A stretch of 64,000 bases of DNA from Polyangiaceae bacterium (GTDB lineage: Bacteria > Myxococcota_A > Polyangia > Polyangiales > Polyangiaceae): contig JBGANF010000005.1 of NCBI GenBank assembly GCA_044222475.1, positions 64,001 through 128,000 on the forward strand, in the 5' to 3' direction. The notes below the pieces were generated by a model. That model worked only from the letters and a program-made list of their open reading frames with translations, made no database searches and was not told the origin of the DNA. Made by a program: the position numbers and the translations under genes. This document shows positions 58,164 through 64,000 of this stretch, in pieces (the stretch's first letter is position 1; every line of letters begins with the position of its first letter).

Positions 58164-58414
58164 GTGTCGCCGTCCATTCCGCGATAGGGACTGCCGGTTC
58201 GCACCGCAGCCCGCGCGGCATCGACCAACGCGCGATACTCCGGCCGAAAGGGCTCGATGAGGGTCTTCTCGAGCTGGGCCTCGATGCTCCACAGGACCGA
58301 CTGCTCCGCGGCGTCGTCGAACGGCAGCTCATCGTGAGAAGCCAACCACTCGAACAGCACGAGAGCTTCGGCGTCGCTCAGCTCGATCGTGACGGGGTGT
58401 TCGTCCTCGGCCAT
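58160..58414 (-). CDS. Small acidic hypothetical protein, possible immunity protein
   Basis: IELSDAEALVLFEWL...AEQSVLWSIEAQLEKTL.EPF..Y..LV.AAR; SD GGGAG. Confidence 0.7.
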   Translation of the reverse strand: MAEDEHPVTIELSDAEALVLFEWLASHDELPFDDAAEQSVLWSIEAQLEKTLIEPFRPEYRALVDAARAAVRTGSPYRGMDGDT

Positions 58415-58454
58415 GCTCCCCAGACGAATCGGCAACCGTGATCCGGACGGCGAC

Positions 58455-58910
58455 CTACTGCGGCACGATCCGAACTCGGTCAGGGACCACTATGGCCTCA
58501 CCGACCATCGGGATGATCCGATAGTCCCCTTCGACCTCCAGCATCCGATCGCTGCACGCCATCGCGGTCCGGTCCTCGAACGATTGGTTGTAGACCACAA
58601 GCATCCGAGGGGTATGCATCCGATCGGTCGGCGCTTCGCTCCACAGGGCGGAACCCTCGCCATCCCACCTCCAGAATCCGCGCACCTTCGCCCTGCCAAA
58701 CACGTTGGGTCCACTCGCCGACATCTTGATGCGATCGGGGCCGGTGATGGAGACGACGGAGGTCCAGCCCCGGCTGCCGGGGGGAACCGTCTCCAGTGGA
58801 CAACCGGCAAGCCCGGGAAAACGGCCGCGCCGGCAATCCGCAAGCCCGGCGACGAGGACGAGCAACGCAGATCGCGTCGCCCATCGCTTCACCGCCAGCC
58901 CTCCTCGCAT
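58455..58910 (-). CDS. Possible hypothetical exported protein
   Basis: ORF with a hydrophobic stretch then Cys; atypical codon usage; start unclear. Confidence 0.35.
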   Translation of the reverse strand: MRGGLAVKRWATRSALLVLVAGLADCRRGRFPGLAGCPLETVPPGSRGWTSVVSITGPDRIKMSASGPNVFGRAKVRGFWRWDGEGSALWSEAPTDRMHTPRMLVVYNQSFEDRTAMACSDRMLEVEGDYRIIPMVGEAIVVPDRVRIVPQ

Positions 58911-58990
58911 CGACTTCACTGTGCCACGAAGTCGCAACGCTTCTCGGACGAATCGGGAATGCCCCTCCCCGTTCGGACGTCATCAGCTTC

Positions 58991-59677
58991 GTGCCCACGG
59001 TCCTCCTCGTCGACGACGACGGGCCTCTCCTCGACGTTCTGTCGCTCGCGTTCGAAGACGCGGGGTACGCGGTCCTCTCCGCCAACGACGGTAGGCGCGC
59101 GTACGACAGCGTAGGCCGCGACGCACCCGACCTCGTCGTCAGCGACGTCAACATGCCCGGGCTCGACGGCTTCGCGCTCTGCCGCCGCCTCCGCGACGAG
59201 AAGAACGACGTCCCGCTCCTGCTCCTCACCTCGCGCGACGACGAGATCGACGAAGCCCTCGGCCTGGAGCTCGGCGCCGACGACTACCTCACGAAGCCCT
59301 TCTCCACCCGCGTGCTCCTCGCTCGCGCCAGAGCGCTCCTCCGTCGCGACGAACGTCGGCGCGAAGGTACCGAACGCTCCCTCCGCGCCGGCGACCTCGA
59401 GCTCTTCGCCGAGCGCATCGAGGTCCGCTACCGCGAGAAGCCCGTCCGCGTCACCCTCACCGAGTTCCGCCTCCTCGAAGCGTTGGCCAAACGACCCGGC
59501 GTCGTGCAGTCGCGCGACCGCTTGCTCGACGTCGCGCGTGGCGACGGCTCGGTCGTCGTCGAGCGCATCATCGACACGTACGTCCGCCGACTCCGGCGGA
59601 AGCTCGAAGCGATCGACCCCGCCTTCGACGCGATCGAGACCGTCGTCGGCGCGGGCTATCGCTGGCGTGATCGATGA
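58991..59677 (+). CDS. OmpR-family response regulator (CreB/ChvI-like)
   Basis: VLLVDDD, DVNMP, LTSRD, GADDYLTKPF, IDTYVRRLRRK, IETVVGAGY. Confidence 0.95.
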   Translation: MPTVLLVDDDGPLLDVLSLAFEDAGYAVLSANDGRRAYDSVGRDAPDLVVSDVNMPGLDGFALCRRLRDEKNDVPLLLLTSRDDEIDEALGLELGADDYLTKPFSTRVLLARARALLRRDERRREGTERSLRAGDLELFAERIEVRYREKPVRVTLTEFRLLEALAKRPGVVQSRDRLLDVARGDGSVVVERIIDTYVRRLRRKLEAIDPAFDAIETVVGAGYRWRDR

Positions 59678-61140
59678 CGCTCCGCCTGCGCGTCGTCGCG
59701 CTGGCGATTCTCGTCGCGATCGCGCCGCTCGCGCTCGTCGGCGTCTGGGCCGGCCTCGAGCACGACATCGCCAAGGACATGCGCACCCGCCTCGAGTTCG
59801 AGGCGCTCGAGACCGCGCAGCAGCTCGACGACGGCACCGCACCGAGCGACGTCACCGATCACATCGCGCGCGTGCACGGCGTTCGCGTGCGCATCACCGA
59901 CGACCACGGCGCCGTCCTCGGCGACTCGGACTTCGACCGCGGTACCGATCCGGTACACCAGCTCGGCCAGCTCTTCTTCGGGCCCGACGGAGCACCCACC
60001 CTCGCCGGGTTCGACGACAGCCTGGGCCCGCTCGCGGATCGCCCCGAGATCCTCGGAGCCCGCACCGACGCGCCCACCAGCGCGTGCCGCACGAGCCCAG
60101 GCGGCAAGCTCCTCGTCTGCCACGGCGCGCTGCGCACGAGCGACGGACGCGTCGTCTACGTCCAAGAGAGCTCGCGGCGCGCCGTCCGCTCGCTCTACGA
60201 CCTGCGCTACCAACTGTTGCGACTGAGCGTCGTCACGTTGCCGCTCGCCGCGGTCATCGCGCTCGTTCTGGGCCGCAGCATCGTCCGCCCCATCCGCGAT
60301 CTCGGCGCGCAAGCTCGCCGGCGCTCGAAGAACCTCGGCGACCGGGGGCGTCTCGAGGTGACCGGCGACGCCGAGGTGCGCGATCTCGGGTTCGCGTTCA
60401 ACGAGCTCCTGCAACGGCTCGACGACCGCCAGGCGCAGAACGAACACTTCACCGCCGACCTCGTCCACGAAATCAAGAACCCGCTCGCCACCGTGCGGGC
60501 CGCCGCCGACGCGCTCGAGTCGGGCAAGCTCGATCCGGCGCGCGCGGCTCGGTTGGCCCGCGCGCTGCGCGACGCCGGAGGGCGGCTCGACGGCATCGTG
60601 AGCCAGTTCCTCGAGCTCGCGCGGGCCGAGGGCGGGCTCGCCGCCGACGCGCGCTCGCCGGTCGATCTCGCCGCGGTCGCTCGCGCCATCGGCGATGCGT
60701 GCCACGCCCGCGACGACGTCGAGCTCGTCGTCGACGCCAGCGATCCAGTGATCGCCCTTGGCGTGCCCCACGGCGTCGACGCGGTGCTGCGCAACCTCAT
60801 CGAGAACGCGTGGTCGTTCGCCGCTTCGCGCGTGCGCGTCGCGGTGCGCGCGACCGACGCGTTCGCCGAGGTCACCGTCGAGGACGACGGCGCCGGGATC
60901 GAACCGAGCGAGCTCCCGAAGGTATTCGATCGGTTCTTCACGACCCGCGGGCGCGACCGCGGCACCGGCCTCGGGCTCGCGCTCGCCAAGGCCACCGTCG
61001 AGGCTCACGGAGGCTCGATCCGCGTCACGAGCGAGGTCGGCCGCGGCGCCACGTTCACCGCCCGGTTTCCGCTGCCCGACGCAAGCCGCGGCGATTCACA
61101 CGACGTTCACACGAACGCGCTCGTCGTTTCAACGGCGTGA
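59674..61140 (+). CDS. HAMP sensor histidine kinase (CreC/ChvG-like)
   Basis: 2 TM, HAMP, HEIKNPL, NLIENA, DDGAG, FDRFFT, GTGLGL. Confidence 0.93.
   Translation: MTLRLRVVALAILVAIAPLALVGVWAGLEHDIAKDMRTRLEFEALETAQQLDDGTAPSDVTDHIARVHGVRVRITDDHGAVLGDSDFDRGTDPVHQLGQLFFGPDGAPTLAGFDDSLGPLADRPEILGARTDAPTSACRTSPGGKLLVCHGALRTSDGRVVYVQESSRRAVRSLYDLRYQLLRLSVVTLPLAAVIALVLGRSIVRPIRDLGAQARRRSKNLGDRGRLEVTGDAEVRDLGFAFNELLQRLDDRQAQNEHFTADLVHEIKNPLATVRAAADALESGKLDPARAARLARALRDAGGRLDGIVSQFLELARAEGGLAADARSPVDLAAVARAIGDACHARDDVELVVDASDPVIALGVPHGVDAVLRNLIENAWSFAASRVRVAVRATDAFAEVTVEDDGAGIEPSELPKVFDRFFTTRGRDRGTGLGLALAKATVEAHGGSIRVTSEVGRGATFTARFPLPDASRGDSHDVHTNALVVSTA
61095..61114 (+). promoter_or_regulatory. cre-tag-like direct repeat TTCACACGA-cg-TTCACACGA
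   Basis: Exact TTCAC-N6-TTCAC inside the 3' end of the kinase gene, upstream of the next operon. Confidence 0.78.
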
Positions 61141-61177
61141 GACGCGCGGTTCATGCACGAGCGCCACCATGCTCGTC

Positions 61178-61804
61178 ATGAACGACATCCTCTCCGCCCG
61201 CACGTTCTTCGAGCTCATCCGCACCCGCACCACCTTCGAGGAGCTCTCGAAGGCTCGCAAGCTCCAGCTCGCCGCGATGGCGACCCTCGGCGCGCTCGTC
61301 TTCGCGTCGCTGTGGGGCGCCGCCGCCGGCAGCTGCGTCCTCGGCCTGGCGCTCGGCAACCTCGTCAAGGTGCCGCTCGTCGTCCTCCTGTCCGCCGTCG
61401 CCGCGGCTCCGCTGGGGATCGTCGCATGGAAGCTCGTCGGCGAGGAGACGAGCGCCACCGATCTCCTCCTCGCGCACGCGCGCAGCCTGTTCGCCGGGTC
61501 GCTCCTGCTCGGCACACTCGTCCCGATCGTCGCGCTCTACTACCACTCCAGCGCGTTCGCCGGTCCGCTCCTCGCGGACGGCACCGCGCTCGTCGCCGTC
61601 GTCCTGGGCGCCGTCGTCTTCCAGCGATTGGCGCTTCGCGCCCCCGGCGCACGGAAGAACGTCGTCGGCTTCGTCGTTCCAGGAGTGATCCTCGGAGTCC
61701 AGGCCGCGGCGATGCTCCAGCTCGTCGCGCTCGCGTCGCCCATCCTCCCGGACCCGACGATGTTCCGCCACGGCGTCGACGGCATCGTGGAGACCTCGCG
61801 ATGA
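61178..61804 (+). CDS. Multi-TM membrane protein; alternative start 61169
   Basis: ~5 TM; KVPLVVLLS...P; PIVALYY. Confidence 0.75.
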   Translation: MNDILSARTFFELIRTRTTFEELSKARKLQLAAMATLGALVFASLWGAAAGSCVLGLALGNLVKVPLVVLLSAVAAAPLGIVAWKLVGEETSATDLLLAHARSLFAGSLLLGTLVPIVALYYHSSAFAGPLLADGTALVAVVLGAVVFQRLALRAPGARKNVVGFVVPGVILGVQAAAMLQLVALASPILPDPTMFRHGVDGIVETSR

Positions 61805-62031
61805 CGCTGCTTCTCGAGACGGACCCGGCGACGGTCGCCGCACGCATGCAGTCTGCACAGATCGCGTCCGTCGCCATCTTCGTCGTCCTGGTCGTCGGGC
61901 TCGCCCTCGTCCTCCGCGCGCTGAACCGAAAGGCGCGCCGAGAAGAGGAAGCGGAGCGCCTCGCCCGGGCGTTCCAGGAGATTCGAAGAGGAGCTCTCGA
62001 GAGAACGCCCATGACGGTCTCGAACCTGTGA
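61801..62031 (+). CDS. Small single-TM protein
   Basis: 76 aa; ATGA and GTGA overlaps with neighbours. Confidence 0.65.
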   Translation: MTLLLETDPATVAARMQSAQIASVAIFVVLVVGLALVLRALNRKARREEEAERLARAFQEIRRGALERTPMTVSNL

Positions 62032-63164
62032 ACCCGCCCGACCCGTTCGATCTCGGTCAGATGACCCTCGCGGCGACGGCGCTCGGCGGGGTCACGCTCG
62101 TCCTCGCTCGCGTCCTCCACCAGCGGGCGTTCTTCGTGGCCCTCGCCGCTCTCGCCGTGCCGACGCTCGGCGTCCTCCTCTGGTCACGGGGCGACTTCAC
62201 CGGCATGACGATCACGTGGACCGCGATCCTCTCGCTCGTCTCGGTCGCGATCGCGCTCCCGGTGGCCATCGTACTCAGGCGCCTGGGCCGGGCCCCCGCC
62301 GCGCCCGTCGCCGTCAAGCCCGGGGAGCGCTTCGGACGACGCGCCCTCCTCTTTCGCGGAGCCTCGGCCGCGGCGCCCCTCATGGCGGCGACCGCGGGCC
62401 CGACCGCGCTCTGGGAGGCCGCCGCCGACACGCCCGCGAAGCGCATCCGGCTCGCCTGCCCGGCCTTGCCGCCCGCCCTCGATGGTCTTTGCATTCTGCA
62501 CCTATCCGATCTGCACCTCGGCGCGTCGAAGACCTCGGCCGACCTCGCTCGCTTCCTCGAGAACGCGCCCCGCCCCGATCTCGTCCTCGTCACCGGCGAC
62601 TTCGCCGACGATCCGCGCGAGCTCACCACGGGGCTCGACCTCCTCGCCGACTTCGGAGCCCCGGTGTACGCGTCGCTCGGCAACCACGAGTACCTCCGCG
62701 GGATCGACGTCATGCTGCCTCGCTACCGCGCGTCGAAGGTCCGGCTCCTCCGCGACGAGCACGCGGTCGTCCGCGTACGCGGCGCCGACCTCGTGCTCGC
62801 CGGCATCGACGATCCGGCGTGGAACGGCGGTAGCCGCCGCTTCTTCGAGAACGCCATCGACGACGCCCTCGCCGGGAGCCCGAGCACGGCGTTCCGGATC
62901 CTCTTGAGCCATCGCCCTCGCGCGCTCGACGTCGCGAGCACGCGCGGCATCGGCCTCGTGCTCTCGGGCCACACCCACGGCGCGCAGCTCGGTATGCTCG
63001 GACGGAGCATGCTCGAGCCGCTCCTCCCGCGCGAATACCTCTGGGGCAAGTACCAGCGACAGCGGACCGTGCTCTACACGACGAGCGGCTTCGGCCACTG
63101 GTTCCCTTTTCGCCTCGGCTGCCCGACGGAAGCTCCGCTCCTGGTCCTCGAGCGTGCGGCGTGA
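62028..63164 (+). CDS. Membrane-anchored metallophosphoesterase
   Basis: SDLHLG, TGDF, GNHE, SHRP, SGHTHGAQ, TSGFG. Confidence 0.9.
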   Translation: MNPPDPFDLGQMTLAATALGGVTLVLARVLHQRAFFVALAALAVPTLGVLLWSRGDFTGMTITWTAILSLVSVAIALPVAIVLRRLGRAPAAPVAVKPGERFGRRALLFRGASAAAPLMAATAGPTALWEAAADTPAKRIRLACPALPPALDGLCILHLSDLHLGASKTSADLARFLENAPRPDLVLVTGDFADDPRELTTGLDLLADFGAPVYASLGNHEYLRGIDVMLPRYRASKVRLLRDEHAVVRVRGADLVLAGIDDPAWNGGSRRFFENAIDDALAGSPSTAFRILLSHRPRALDVASTRGIGLVLSGHTHGAQLGMLGRSMLEPLLPREYLWGKYQRQRTVLYTTSGFGHWFPFRLGCPTEAPLLVLERAA

Positions 63165-63772
63165 ATCGCCGGCGGCTGTCGATCGCCCCGATCGCGTCGG
63201 TCGCTCTCTTCGTCGGCCTCTATGTCGTCGCCGCCGCGTCGTACCCCGGTGGTACGAGGGCCGAGCCGTCGCGCGTCGGGTTCAGCTTCGCCGACAACTA
63301 CTGGTGCGACGTACTCGACGGCACCACCTACGGCGGCGTGCCCAACCCGGCAGCGCCGATCGCGCTCGGCGCGACCGTGATCCTCGCCCTCGGGCTCGCC
63401 GTGCTCTGGTGGCTCGCTCCGGCGCTGTTTCCGGCAGCGCGCGTGCGCGCGTTCGTCGTTCGAGGCGCGGGCGTCGTGTCCGGTCTGGTCACGCCGCTCA
63501 TCGCGACCAAGCACCACGATCTGGTCATCAACGTCGCGGTGCTCGCTGGCGCGCTCGCGTTCGTGATCGCGATGACCGCCGTGCGCGCTCGCGAAGGCCG
63601 GCACCTCGTCGCCCTTGCGGTGTTCGCGTTCGCCGCCGCGACGACGAACTTCGTGATGTGGCGCGCTGGATGGGAGCTCCACGCGCTGCCCCTCGTGCAG
63701 AAAGGCGCCTTTGCCTTCTTCCTCGCGTGGGTCCTCGCCTTCGCGCTCCGCGTGCGACGGGCCGTGCAGTGA
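63161..63772 (+). CDS. Membrane protein of unknown function
   Basis: YPGG...GFSFADNYWCDVL; ~6 TM; LVQK. Confidence 0.75.
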   Translation: MNRRRLSIAPIASVALFVGLYVVAAASYPGGTRAEPSRVGFSFADNYWCDVLDGTTYGGVPNPAAPIALGATVILALGLAVLWWLAPALFPAARVRAFVVRGAGVVSGLVTPLIATKHHDLVINVAVLAGALAFVIAMTAVRAREGRHLVALAVFAFAAATTNFVMWRAGWELHALPLVQKGAFAFFLAWVLAFALRVRRAVQ

Positions 63773-63787
63773 GCTACCTTGGTAGTC

Positions 63788-64000
63788 ATGCGGCCTTCCC
63801 TCAGCCTCGTCACGGTGATCGTCCTCGGTGCGAGCGTCGCGTGCGGCACGAAAGGTGGGTCGTCGTTCGCCGACGCGGGTGACGACGGCAACGGCGGCCA
63901 AGACGCCGCCGAGGACGTCTTCGATCCCAACTTCGGCGACGCCACCACGAAGGACGCCTCGCCCAGCGACGCGAAACCGGTGGCGCCGAACCTGATCCAG
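63788..64000 (+). CDS. Lipoprotein, N-terminal part (truncated by window edge)
   Basis: MRPSLSLVTVIVLGASVAC then DAG linker; open to the window end; TACCTT 7 nt upstream. Confidence 0.65.
   Translation, partial: MRPSLSLVTVIVLGASVACGTKGGSSFADAGDDGNGGQDAAEDVFDPNFGDATTKDASPSDAKPVAPNLIQ

Overview
This is a very GC-rich, gene-dense window with about 70 genes. Many lipoproteins carry acidic D-A-G/D-G-G linkers, which suggests Myxococcota (Polyangiaceae/Labilithrix-like); this assignment is inference. The first ~17.6 kb reads as a single hypoxia/NO-response island. It contains a heme-synthesis-type radical SAM/SPASM gene, nnrS, a YtkA-like plus beta-barrel pair, and a translationally coupled six-gene lipid cluster (FAAL, SDR, ACP, acyl-CoA dehydrogenase, B12-radical SAM, squalene-epoxidase-like flavoenzyme). 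It also holds a three-gene operon (1037-aa lipoprotein with atypical heme motifs and a beta-propeller, a pentaheme cytochrome c, heme A synthase), a Crp/Fnr regulator and a YwiC-like gene. The same palindrome, TGAC-N4-GTCA, lies upstream of nnrS, the lipid cluster and the cytochrome operon. This suggests one Crp/Fnr regulon linking an unrecognised lipid pathway to respiration or NO handling, and it is the best candidate here for an undescribed system. The rest is mixed housekeeping and accessory DNA: pfkA, Prx5, a glutaredoxin-like gene, a GH5 enzyme, a DUF1501-like operon, a RAYT transposase, a PARG with an NrtR-like operator, trmY, SulP, rhlE, a possible orphan immunity cassette, and a CreBC-like two-component system with a perfect cre-tag. 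Many genes appear leaderless. I saw no rRNA, tRNA or CRISPR array. All family calls come from motif recognition, not database searches.
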